Made by a program: the position numbers and the translations under genes | In this document: in pieces, positions 25,666 to 38,481 of the stretch | How positions within the stretch are numbered: the first letter of the stretch is position 1 | Layout of the letters: each line of letters opens with the position of its first letter | The notes under the pieces: generated by a model | What the model was told of the DNA's origin: nothing | Database searches by the model: none | What the model saw: only the letters and a program-made list of their open reading frames with translations | Source: Octopus sinensis | Taxonomy: Eukaryota | Assembly (NCBI RefSeq): GCF_006345805.1 | Contig: NC_043001.1 | Coordinates: 1,860,001 to 1,924,000, forward strand | DNA length: 64,000 nucleotides | Direction of reading: 5' to 3'

Positions 25666-27200
25666 ACCCTCCAACTCATGGCCAAAGTTTGGTCCAGTGC
25701 TGCCAGTATAGTGCTTTCAGTTTCTTTTTTTAGGGTTCCTTTCTTCAGCCAATTCCACCTATTTTTTCCAGCAACTTCTGTTGTGGCTACATGGAATTGA
25801 TTGTGTAGTCCCTTCTAATGTAATTCTTCTTCACGTCTTTTTTGTACTTCTTCCTTTATTTTCCCTTTTTTCTCTGCTCTCAATTCTCTCTCACTCCTTA
25901 CTCTGGGCGAGGTATCTTATCAAGCTCTCAAATTCGATATGCATGCATTCTTCCACACTTGTCAGTCTCCTTCCTCCATTTGCTCTCTTCATGTATATAC
26001 AATCAGTGTCTGTTTGTGGATGATGGACTCCATGCATTGTTCGGAGCTTTCTTGACTTCCTGTCCATCACCTTTAGCTCCTTCTTTGTCTACTTCAGGAT
26101 TCCAGTGCCATACTGAACTACTACGACTACCCCTGAGTTTATTGCTGAAATACTGTTGCTGGCATTCAGCTTTGAAGTCAATATTTTTCTCACTCACCGC
26201 AGGTATTCTCTTTTTGTTTTTTCCTTCATTTTGTGCTGTTTGATTCCATTGGCCTCAAGTATTCTCAGGTATTTATAGCTAGCTTGAGGATGAATTGTCT
26301 TCATCATTTCACCACTAGGCAACCATATGCCTTCTGTCCTGGCAAGCTTTCCTCATTTCATCACCAACGTAGCACATTTTGAGAGTCCAAACTCCATCTT
26401 AATATCTCTGGAGAAAATCTGCACAGACTGGACTAGGCCGTCCAGTTCTGCCTCAGTTTTTGTGAATAACTTCAGATCAACCATGAATAGCAAGTGGTTT
26501 AGTTTTCCCTTACCTCTTCCCAGATCATACCCCAGCTTTATTTTCTGAAGTATTTCACTCAAGGGGATCATTTCCAGCATGAATATCAATGGGGACACAG
26601 TCTCTTTGGAAGATTCCTCTCTTGATTTTCACCTCTCCTAGTGCTTGCTTCCCTGCTGCCAATTCCATTCTCCAGTATTTCATGTTATTCCATATAAAGC
26701 TTCTCATATTCTCTGCTACTCCATTCCTTTCCATTGTTCTTATTATGCAGGAGTGTGGTATCATATTGTATGCTTTGTGATAGTCAACCGATGCCATGTT
26801 CAGGTTTGTGTGTCTTCTTTTGTAGTTTCTGATAATTAGATTATTGATTAAGAGCTGATCCTTCATTCCCCGGCTCCTCTTTCGGCACCCTTTCTGTTCA
26901 ATAGGCAGCAGTCCATATTCTTCTAAGTATCTATACAGACCACTGACCAAAGCACCTGACATTAGCTTCCACATTATCAAAAGACATGTTATTGGTTGAA
27001 AGTTGGATGCAACATTTCCCTTTTCAGGATCCTTGGTACATAACGATGTCTTCCTTTTTGTCCTCCAGTTGGGTACTGCACTTTCCTGCAAGTACTCATC
27101 TAGCTGTTTTGATATCCTTTCATGGAGCGTTCTCAGCTTCTTCATCCATTAACCTTGGACCACATCCAGTCCTGGACTCTTCTAATTTGGGAATTTTCTT
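25666..27200 (-). mobile_element. R4/Dong-clade LINE subfamily B, RT domain, frameshifted
   Basis: Motifs in order: NFQPITCLLIMWKL, EQKGCRK..GMKDQLLIN, VDYHKAYNMIPHS, KRGIFQRD, NHLLFMVDLKLF, MEFGLSKCATL. Confidence 0.92.
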
Positions 27201-27214
27201 AACTGCTTTTTAGA

Positions 27215-27287
27215 TGGATAGCTTGATGGATGGATAGATGGATGGATGGATAGATAGATGGATAGATAGACAGACAGACAGACAGAC

Positions 27288-27357
<70 letters not shown>

Positions 27358-28077
27358 ACTAGAAACGTACTTCATAAATCATTTAATTATGCGATCTTAC
27401 ACGTGTTTCAGTGAAGGTAATGGTCAAATTATGCAATCCAGGCCAGATAGGTTTTCTATGTCCTCACTTCAGCAGATGTTCATTCAGTACAAATCTATCT
27501 CTGACGAAGTGAAGATCTAGAAAATTTACTTGACCTAGATTGTGTAATTCGACAATTATCTCCACTGATGTAACAGGATGTAAGTAAATTATTTATAAAC
27601 TGATTCTTCATGATCTTTCTACATATGGAGGCCAATGAATGGAAAATTGGATTATAATCTAGGAGTTCTCTTTGCAGTTTTATCTTTCGCTATATAAGAT
27701 TATGTGTGTCATTCTGCACTTCAAATCACACTACACAACTGTATTCATATATTTGTATGTATGTTTGTATGTATGTGTGTCTGTATATATATATATATAT
27801 ATACAAGTAGTTATTATATATGTGTGTATGTATGTATGTATGTATGTGTGTATGTATGTATGTATGTATGTATGTATGTATGTGTGTATGTATGTATGTA
27901 TGTATGTATGTATGTATGTGTGTATGTATGTATATGTGTGTGTGTAATGATTTTTTTTTCACATTTAACAAGTAGAAATGAAAATTGCTACATATTCTGG
28001 AGATCAGCCATAAACAACAGGGAAGAACTACAGGAAGCAGACTGGTTACTATAGCAACACCAATCTGCATAGGTCAG

Positions 28078-28138
<61 letters not shown>

Positions 28139-28162
28139 CCTGTCTGTCTATCCATCTATCTG

Positions 28163-28260
<98 letters not shown>

Positions 28261-28830
28261 CATCTATCTATCTATCTATCTATCTGTCTGTCTGTCTGTC
28301 TGTCTCTCTGTCTCTCTGTCTGTCTGTCTATCTATCAATGTAAAAGTTATTTGTTATGGCCAGTCAGAGAGTGACTGCTGGTTTCGCATCTATGAAGCTC
28401 TTAGCTGTATAGATGTGAAACCAATGGTCACTCTCCTACTGGTCACAACAAACAACCTTCTAAATATTTCTGCCCTAATGATTTACTGTGCTACTTCTTA
28501 AGATATATGAACTACTGATCAATATATTTATATATATCTGTCTATACATGTTATACACACACATAAATCTATATTCTATGACACGATTGCTCTTTATATA
28601 CACACACATGCACATGCATACCTATGTAAGTAATATATATATATATATATATATGTTTATATATATATACATATATATACATATCTATCTACCTATCTAC
28701 CTATCTATCTATCTATATATCTATATCTATATATATATATATACACATATATATACACATATACACATGCATATATATATATATAGATATATATACATAT
28801 ATATATATATATATTATATATATATATAAT
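27215..28830. repeat. clustered tetra- and dinucleotide microsatellites (GATA)n, (TATG)n, (CTAT)n, (AT)n
   Basis: Direct inspection of 27215-27356, 27820-27940, 28080-28330 and 28630-28830. Confidence 0.9.
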
Positions 28831-30051
28831 ATATATATATATAGGTATGTATGTGTATATACATACATGTAAAAGCACACACGCACACATATGTATACAT
28901 ATGTGTTTATGTGTGTAGAATTTTATTACATAAAATAACAGTGCAAGAATCACATTTATCATTGTTTTAGAAGGAAAATTTTAAAAATATATATTGGATT
29001 TAAAGGAAATCCGACTTTATTATAAGAAAAATGGATTTTATCAGTGTGTATGGTATATATATATATATATATAATGCTCTTAGTTTGGAAGATGGTTGCT
29101 ATGACTATCAGAATCACTTGCCATTCTACTGTAATGTCGCAAATAAAAGAATTTGAATCGACATTCTGTTATAACATATTTTGTTTCCATTATAGAGGAC
29201 AATTTCTAAGTCTAAAAAGAAATTAATGTACATAATACATTAAAATATATATACTCAGTGCATGTATTCTATATTATGCTAAAAAGTTACAGGCCTCACT
29301 ACAACGAAGTAGAGAATAAATATGTTCTTTATTACACACCGAAAACTGGACCAAATATTGGTTTCATCTTTGCAAAGGATTGTCAGCAGGAAATTGATTA
29401 ACATGGGCACGAAACATTCATTTCTAAGGAACTTCATGTGAAGAATTATCCAAAATATTCTTGAAATTTGTCATAAAAAACTGTTTAGTCTCTACATAGC
29501 TGCTTTGAGATCTCAAGCTCTGAAACAAAAGATACAATCTATTGTCCAAATATATTCGCTGCATATTTTTTTTTATATTTTGTACTAAGTTTGGTGATTA
29601 TATATAAAGTGTTGAAATAATATACATATGCCGTAACATTGTCTTGATACTAACTCTGTTATTTATGGCACGGTTCTGGAATGTCAAGCTATATCGATTC
29701 TCACAGCCACTTGTATCTGAAATAAGAACATCATTTACAGACACTGACAAAAAACGTTTCTATGCGTATTAAAGGAATTGGATCCCTCCTTGGAGTCTGA
29801 TTGTGTTTTGAAATTCTTTCTTCAGTTTTATATCTGGAGCAATAGGATTCTTCTATATTTTATATGTAGAGAAGAAATATGATTCTTGCATCGACATTTT
29901 CTGCTATAAGATTACTGCAAATCATCACCATCATCATCTCTTAGTGTCCACATCCCATGATGGCATGGGCGGAGTGGTTTGACAGGATCCAGCAGGTCAG
30001 AGGACTGCGTCAAGCTCCATGTTTGTTTTCACATAGTTTTGATGGCTGGTT

Positions 30052-30082
<31 letters not shown>

Positions 30083-30091
30083 TATTTGCAT

Positions 30092-30149
<58 letters not shown>

Positions 30150-30152
<3 letters not shown>

Positions 30153-30400
30153 GAGGCATGTGGCTTAGTGGTTAGTGTGCCAGCATCATGATCGTAAGAT
30201 TGTAGTTTCGATTGCTGGACCGGGCGACGCGTTGTAGTCTTGAGCAAATCACTTCATTTCATGTTGCTCCAGTTCACTCAGCTGGCAAAAATGAGTAATG
30301 CTGAGATGGACTGGCGTCCCGTCCAGCTGGGGAACACATACACCATTGAAACCAGGAAACCAGGCCCATGAACCTGGCTAGGCTTTAAAAAGAGCGCATT
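30150..30400 (+). mobile_element. tRNA-derived SINE family 4 (V-SINE-like gatggactggcgtcccgtccag motif)
   Basis: A box tggcttagtgg and B-box-like gtttcgattgc, followed by the central domain. Confidence 0.75.
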
Positions 30401-30910
30401 TATATATATATATATAAAAACAGATACCCAGTCATACAGGTACACAAGTGCATGCACACACCCCCTCTGCACATGCATATATTTCTGTATAAAATATGGC
30501 CATGAGTCCCAAACAAAAAGCTGACTCTTCTTTAATAGCAAATTGTCACCCAGCAACATCAACACCGTTGCAACCATCAATGACAGCAACATCACTGACA
30601 ACACCTTCAATAACGAGAGTAACATCATCAGCACCAACAACCATTGAAACTATGTCATTAGAATCTGTTAATGTTTTGTGCAATAATTGTGTGTGTGTGT
30701 GTGTGTGTGTGTGGTTAAAAAAACTTGTTATGGTTAAAATTATTGATTAAATTTAGTTGTCTGCAAGTTCCCAGCAGCTGCTTTTGATGATATTTAGCGA
30801 TTGGTGCACATCTCACTAAATTTTCCACAGAAATCATGTTGGATCTCAGAAGGGAACACCATCTGAACCCATTAGAAAATTATAAATTAGCAAAACCAAT
30901 AGAGAAGATA

Positions 30911-31143
30911 CATTATTTACATTTGATAAATATTTGTCCTCATCTTGTTTGTTGTTAACACAACGTTTCGGCTGATAAACCCTCCAGCATTCATCAGATG
31001 TCTTGGGGAAATTTCAAACCTGGGTTCTCATTTCTAAGGTATTTTTCAATGTTGCTGTTGCCATTATTCTGGTTACTGCCTGGAATTGAACTCGGAATCT
31101 TGGTGTTAGTAGCCTGCACTCTTAACCACTATGCCATATGCCC
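30911..31143 (-). mobile_element. hammerhead-carrying tRNA SINE (family 5), copy A
   Basis: tRNA-like head at 31073-31143, hammerhead-like core at 30957-31002 (G10.1 changed to U), and an (ATGTAAATA)-type tail. Confidence 0.85.
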
Positions 31144-34100
31144 ATGGCAATTATGGAATGAATTTCTAGGGCTTATAAATCTAATAATAGAGACATTCAT
31201 TAAACAGATATTAAACGGATCTGTGGTATCACAAATAAGGTAGACAACATTTGATGCCATGTACAATAAAATACTATAAGAGTAACAGATTTCTAGGCTG
31301 GCCTGAAGCAGCATGCAATTTTCTTCCTGACAAACTACAGTGAAAGACTTTCTTATGGGTTTGAATATGCCTCAAGCATGTCTGAACTGGTAACAACTTT
31401 GAAATTACTAGAATATAGAAGCTGATTGCTGTTAGCCACTTGGCAGTCAAAGAATAATATTTTACAAAGTTTAAAAGCCAATTCAGTAACATCAATACCT
31501 GTTTGTATTTCTTTGCTTTTCTTTTCTACTATTTTAATTATTATTTTAATTATTTTAATTATTATTTTCCAAAATGAGGTGGTGAATCGCAGAATTGTTA
31601 GAGAACATGTGAAAATACCTTGCAAGTATTTCTTTTACCTCTTTAATGTTCTGAGTTCAAATCCTACCAAGGACATGTTCATCTGCCATCATTTGAATGC
31701 CTATATAATAAAATACCAGTCAAGTCCTTGGGTTCACTGATACTGACAAACCCCTCCCCTCAAAACTGCTGGCTTCAAGTCTAAGTTCGAAAAAATTACT
31801 TTTTCCCTAGATATCTTTTTAATACCAATGTTTTTTGCTGTAAATATCACTTCCGAATCGATTTCCTTTCACTTCTCTGAAACCATTCCAAAATAGAAAG
31901 ATCTTCCTGCCTCATAGCATTACAATCTGTGCAGGGTTTGAAACCATGCTTTGCATAAAGAGCAATTTAAACAGAAAACCAGCTTTCAGCGACTCTGCTT
32001 CTCTATCAATTAAAATCTTTCTATTCAGCTGCGTTTCCTTCCAATATTCCAACAATATCAATGTTTAGTCAATTACCCATTGGCTTTTTTTTATCATTTG
32101 TGTCTTGAGAAAATTGTTGAAAACTGTTCAAGTGACTCGAGTGGCTCAAGTGAGAGGGGAAACGAAATAACTTTAGACAAGCATCTTTATTGATTCACGT
32201 TAGTTTGTTTATTATCTTCACTAAAATGCCAAAAGGTGCACAGGAATATGGCGATATTTGCAAGATTTTCCTTGATTGAAGAGAAAATAAAACCAGCAAA
32301 AGGAAAAAAAAATTAATCAGGCTAAACTAAAATAAATGAAATATTGATTTTATTTTCTTCTCCTGATTAATTTGTATGGACAAAACATTCATTGATTCTG
32401 GATTTTGAAAATATTTATATCTCTTCTTATTACCGGAAAAAAAAAAGAGAAAACTTTACCGAATTACAATCGGAACACATTAAGATTCTTCTTGTAAAAT
32501 AATCATTTCTCTGTCAAGAGTGTGATTCATTTTAAAAATTATAATTCTTTAAATATGGTAAATAAAATTGATTGTTAAGTTGGTTGGTAGCCGGAGATTT
32601 ATGAGTAACAAGAATTTCAATCAACCAAGTTGGAATGGCATTAATGAAAACAAATTCTCAGAATGAAATCCAAACTAATTCAACTCTACATTGGAAATTT
32701 CTTCAGAAATTTCTCAGGAATATTCTTAGATGTTGAGCCTGGTCGTTGCCAGAACTGCCTGACTGGCCCTCGTGCCAGTGGCATGTAAAAGCACCCGCTA
32801 CACTCTCGGAGTGGTTGGCATTAGGAAGGGCATCCAGCTGTAGAAACTCTGCCAGATCAGATTGAGCCTAGTGCAGCCTTCTGGCTCACCAGTCCTCAGT
32901 CAAACCGTCCAACCCATGCCAGCAGGGAAAGCTGACGTTAAACGACGATGATGATGATGATGCTGGAGTAAGACATTGTTGTCCAACTATGCAGATCCTT
33001 TTGAAGTAACCAAGCCATGTCAGCATGGAGATTGTACATTAAAGGTGATGACAACGATGATGATGATGGCGACGATGATGATGACATCAATGACACTGAT
33101 GAAGATGAAGATGATGATAATGATAATATGGAAGATGATTACAACAAAACTGATTCCTAAAATAAGATGGAAAGAAAATGTGAAAACTCTTTGAACTTAT
33201 TTAAAGGTTGATTTCTTGACCGAAGTAAATGTTGCATTTATTTCCTGATGGAGTAAGAACTTGTGAGTGAAGCTGTAAGAATCATCAAGAGTAAAATATT
33301 TAGAGAATGTCTCAGCAAATTTGTGGGTTTTGTTAAGAATAACATTTAGGATATGAATAGTTGTGATCAGGGCAAACACAGAGGTGCTTTAAAAATAATT
33401 AAAGCTTTTATAAAGATGGTTGTTCATGACAGAAAGCAATTTGGAAATTTTGTGCAAAATATTGTATGAAGGATAAATGCAGAAAGTGTTTTGTAAACAT
33501 TTTGCAGATCTAAACCCAAGAATAGGAAAAAAAGGCACTTTTCATCATTTGTTTTAATGGTTACATTCTTTAACTTTTTAGGAGAAAATTTGTTACATCG
33601 ATGCCACCCTTCAAACATACTCTCTTCCACCATCTTCCAAGGTGTTTCATCATCATCGTCATCGTCATCGTCATCGTCATCATTATCATTTAACGTCCAT
33701 TTTCCATGCTGACATGGGCTGATAGGAGCTGGCAAGCCAGAGAGCTGCACCAGGATTCAGTTGTTTGTGTGTTTGTGAAATAAACTCTGTTGAAATTAGT
33801 GCCAGGAATTCAAGAAGTATTTTTTTAATGCTCTGAATTGCATTAATGGCTTCTGATTTAGACAGTTCACCAGCAGTCTTTGAGTGGAGGAAATAAGTCA
33901 ATATCGCCAAGCACAGCACTTGACCAGCACTTCATTTCATGGAATCCAAAAAAGTGAAAGGCAAAGCTGACTGTGACAGAATTTGAACTCTCAGTGTAAA
34001 GAAGTAGAAGAAATACCACAAGGTTCAAATGATTTCAATGCTCAAATGATTCTAGAAGCTCACTGTTCTCATAATTATATTAATTAAAAAATGGCAAGCT

Positions 34101-34322
34101 GTCAGAATCCTTAGCATGCAGACCAAAATGCTTGGCAGCATTTTGTCCATCTCTATATTGTGAGCCCAAATTCTGCTTTGTCGTTCATCCTTTTGGGGTT
34201 TATAAATAAAGTACCAGTTGAATACTGGGGTTGATATAACTTACTCCTCCCTCAAAATTACTGGCCTTGTGCCAAAATTTTAAAATAATTATATTATAAG
34301 GGAATTGAAGGCTTGTGACACC

Positions 34323-34708
34323 TGTAGCATATCTCCTTCTCCCATTACCATTATTTCTGTAGTCTTAAGGATCTGGAACTCAAAGAAGTTTACAAGCAGA
34401 GTGCAATTCAATAGTTATTTATTTTTAGTTCTCGTTCATGTGGCTTGCTCCCAGTGACCATCTTTATGGCAGAACGTGGTTCGATATAGCTCTGTTCACA
34501 AGAGGTTCATTACCTCTGGAGATAACAGGTGAAGTTAGAGCGGGATAAGAGTCTGCCGTGAGCTGCCAGCTTTGCAGTGTTTCTCAGAGTAAGCGAGAAG
34601 GAAGAAAGAGAAAGAAAGTCTTAATTCTCCTGCTTAAATAGTCGTTGTTGATGAGAGTCTCACGGTCATCTTGTGCAAGGTAAATGGTTGCAGGTGAGAT
34701 CTTGCTCC
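34323..34708 (-). mobile_element. possible solo LTR
   Basis: TG...CA ends, with TATTTAAG, a CT-rich stretch and AATAAA in order on the minus strand; no TSD found. Confidence 0.25.
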
Positions 34709-36069
34709 TGTCTCAAACATGGTAATGGCTACTGACGAGATTTCATACAAAATGGTGCTATCTTCTTGTCCCTCACTACAATATTAATAACAGACTTCCA
34801 AACTTTGATGCTGTATTTGAACTGCTTATTTTAGCATATATATTTTATATACGTATACTCTAGCATGTCTATCTTAATAAACAATTCCTAAACTCGTAAT
34901 TCCTAATTTTCTTCTTCATGAAACATTTTATAAAACGAGGTTTGTAAATCTTCCAAAATTAAACTTGTCCAAGCAACAGTTGAGATGGTCTTGCTACAGA
35001 AAATATTCTGGGGTTCATTCCATGCACTAAACACGTATCTTGCCCATTTTGATCTATCAATGGGAGCAACCTTTATTTTTACAATGAAAACTGATTAAGT
35101 TTACTTACATCTGCAGCATCCAAACCATGACCATCACCTCTTATTTTCCACCATATTATATCTAGCATTACATTACGCAATTTGTAATGCCTTGTTAATT
35201 TATGATGACTATGAAAGAGTATGAGTTGATGGTGATATAGCTGCTATTTCTAGCAGGTTAATCGATTACTTAAAGTTTTTCCACTTTAGCTTGTGCTGAT
35301 TGTAGCTGTTGTTGTTGTAATTGTTGTTTTGCCCCAGGTTATCCCTAAATAAGTAGACCTATCATCAAATGTCATTTTGAGGATATCTTAGTATGTTGAA
35401 GCTCTGCTCCCAACTGCAACATGCATCCATAAAAATTTTAAAAAAAAAGAAAGAAAGGGTCTTTACTGACTTTAAACTAAAAACGGTTTCTACTCCATGG
35501 GAATCATAAAAAATATCGGTAAAAAAGGTCCTAATTTAATCTCAAGTGCCTCTGTATTATTTCAACCAGTTCAGCACCATTTTCTTGTGTTGAAACAAAA
35601 TAAATCACCATGAAGAAGAAATTATCATTTTTCTGGCAAATTTCTGTTTTTCATTAAATTTAATTCTGAAAAGAAAACATAGCATTTTATTTCAGAAAAA
35701 TTATAAAAAGAAATTTAAAACTACTTTCTTTCCAATTATTGCAAAGTGATGTTGTTTAACAGCTTAATATCACATACTTTAGTGCAACCAGAAACATTTG
35801 GAATATATACATTTTAATCAATTTCTTTTTCTTTTATAATATACAGCTTTTAGACAATCTGGAACAGAGAAATGTAAATAATTCTTCACAGCTTTTTTTT
35901 TCTCATCAGTTAATTCCAAAAACTTCTAAAGTGTTTTGGAAACATAACATTTTCATTTAACATAATGGTGAAAGAGACCCACTTTACAAGCATTGATAAT
36001 GTTAATAAATATTCTCAGTATAACAACTTATTGATTGTTGTTTGCCTTTGAAGAGGCACAAACTTTTGA

Positions 36070-36100
<31 letters not shown>

Positions 36101-36649
36101 ATGGTTAAGATCTCAATACATTCATGAGATGAGTGTAAAAAAGAATAATGTGGCGATGGTTGCCTACGAGAAATAAAACCTGTATTTCTCGTATTATTTT
36201 GATCAGGATAACCATTACACCAAAATGACCTGGTGTTTTCTGCTATCAAATTTCATACAAGTAAACATACCACAGGACCAGCAACTGTGGTTTACCACCA
36301 TTTCTCTCACACAAACTTTGTTGGTATTTTTGATAATCACTCAACCACCACTGGAGGGGTTATCCCATTAGGGTCAATACATCTTACTCTCAAACTAGGT
36401 ACATTTATGTTATCTAAGACAACTTGCTTGATTTTGTAATTGATGTGTGTGTATGTATATATCTGTATGCATATATACATGTGTGTGTGTGTTTCTCTCT
36501 CTCTCCCTCTCTCTTGCTATATATATAAACGATGATGATGATGATGTATATATATTTGTGTGTATATATATATGTATACATCATCATCATTCAACATCTG
36601 TTTTCCATGCTGATATGATATATGTTTTTATGTACATACCTTAACATGT

Positions 36650-37060
36650 ACATATAAATAAGGCAGTGAAACATGGGCTGTGACTGCAGAGGGCATGCGC
36701 AGGCTTGAAAGAAATGAAGCTGGTGTGCTTCCCTGGATGTGCAATGTCAGTGTGCATGTGCAACAGAGTATAAATGAGTTGAGAGAAAACGCGGGTAAAT
36801 GAGGCGTCAGCTGTAGTGTGCCGGAGAGAAGGCTTCACTGGTCATGTGACGCATATGGATGAGAACAGCTGCATCAAGAAGTGCCAATCTCTAATTGTGG
36901 AGGGAATGTGTGGAAAGGTAAGACCTAGGAAGATGTGGGATGAAGTAGTGAGAAAGGATCTTCAAATATTGGACCTCACAAAAGACATGACAAGGGGCTG
37001 AGAAGTCTGGCAGTTTTTTGTGCTTGAAAAGACAAGCAAAGCTAAGTAAAATCACGGCCA
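36650..37060 (+). mobile_element. degenerate RTE LINE 3' fragment
   Basis: GHVTHMDENSCIKKCQSLIVEG..RPRKMWDEVVRKDL; homologous to 7509-7929. Confidence 0.85.
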
Positions 37061-37450
37061 TACAAGCATGCGCTCTATGTTCCTCTCTCAGCTGAGGTAC
37101 CCAAGCATTTCAGGCTTGTAGGTCCTGGGGCCTCATAGAAGCACCCATGCCAATGTCACATAAAAGTGCCTTTGTCAGTGCTTTGTAAAAGTGGCCATGC
37201 TGAAGCCATGTGAAAGTTTTCATATAGGTTCCATGTAAAGTGCTCATACCAGTGCTACCTAAAAGCGCCAGTGCTGGGCCACATTAAAAGCACTCAGAAC
37301 ACTCTGTAAAGACTTTGGCATTAGGAAGGGCATCCAGTCATAGAAACCTTACCAAAACAGACAAATGGAGTCCATGCAGCCCTTTAACTGACCAGCTCCT
37401 GTCAAACCAGACAACCCATGCCAGCATGGAATGTAGGCGTTAAATGAGGA

Positions 37451-37486
<36 letters not shown>

Positions 37487-37488
<2 letters not shown>

Positions 37489-37643
37489 AGAGTTTACGAA
37501 AAAAACAAAAGACGAAGATAGGTGGAGTACAAAACAAACAGATGTATTAGTATAACGCTAAGGAATAGAAAATGTCTTTATTGTTTCGAGCCTACGCTCT
37601 TCTACAGAAAGGGACACAGAAAAAACAAGGAGAGAAACAAGGA
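37487..37643 (-). mobile_element. short Penelope-pLTR-like repeat with variant hammerhead-like core, copy 1
   Basis: Alignable with 57868-58024; the minus strand reads cttt-CTGTAGA-a-GAGC-gtag-GCTC-GAAAC; both copies abut (AT)n. Confidence 0.6.
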
Positions 37644-37867
37644 GATATATATATATATATATATAAAGCTATATCTATCTATCGATCGATCTGTTTGTCT
37701 GTCTGTTTGCTTATACACACACATAAATATATATATACACAAATATATATATACATATATATATATGTATATATATATATGTACATATATATATTTATGT
37801 ATGTATATATATGCATATATACATATGTGCATATATATATATGCACATATGTATATCTATATCTATC

Positions 37868-37914
<47 letters not shown>

Positions 37915-38443
37915 ATATATATATATACACACCACGTATATATACACATATATGTATATATATACACACACACACACATATACACATCGTTTATCTTTTA
38001 CTTTTTCCAGTCCTTTGACAGTGGCCATGCTGAAGCACCACCTTGAAGAATATTTCGTCAAATGGATTGATGCCAGGACTTGTTTTCTGTTTAAGCCTGG
38101 TGCTTGTTGCATTCGGCACTTTTGCCAAACTGCAAAGTTACAGGGACATAAACACACCAACACTAGTTGTCAAGTGGTGTGGTGGAGAAACACAGGTGCA
38201 AAGACATGCACATCTCTCTCTCTTCCCCTCTCTCTCTCCCTCTCTCTCTCCTCGCTCTCTTCCCTCTCTCTCTCTCTCTCCTCTCTCTCTCCTCTCTCTC
38301 TCCTCTCTTCCCCCTCTCTCTGTATATATATATATATATAATATATATACAATAGACTTCTTTCAGTTTCCATCTACCAATTCTACTCATAAGGCTTTGA
38401 TCAGCCTGAAGCTATAGCAGAAGCCACTTGCCCAAGATGCCAT

Positions 38444-38481
<38 letters not shown>

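Noticed and set aside
8870-29700. Phase-compatible chain of minus-strand mini-exons (9431-9475, 17740-17784, about 21138-21196, 27468-27516, about 29705)
   Set aside because: The joined peptide resembles nothing I know, such signals arise by chance in AT-rich DNA, and at least one lies in a probable transposase remnant.
34429-34528. Open frame FSFMWLAPSDHLYGRTWFDIALF.. between AG and GT
   Set aside because: It lies in LTR-like sequence and has no recognisable homology.
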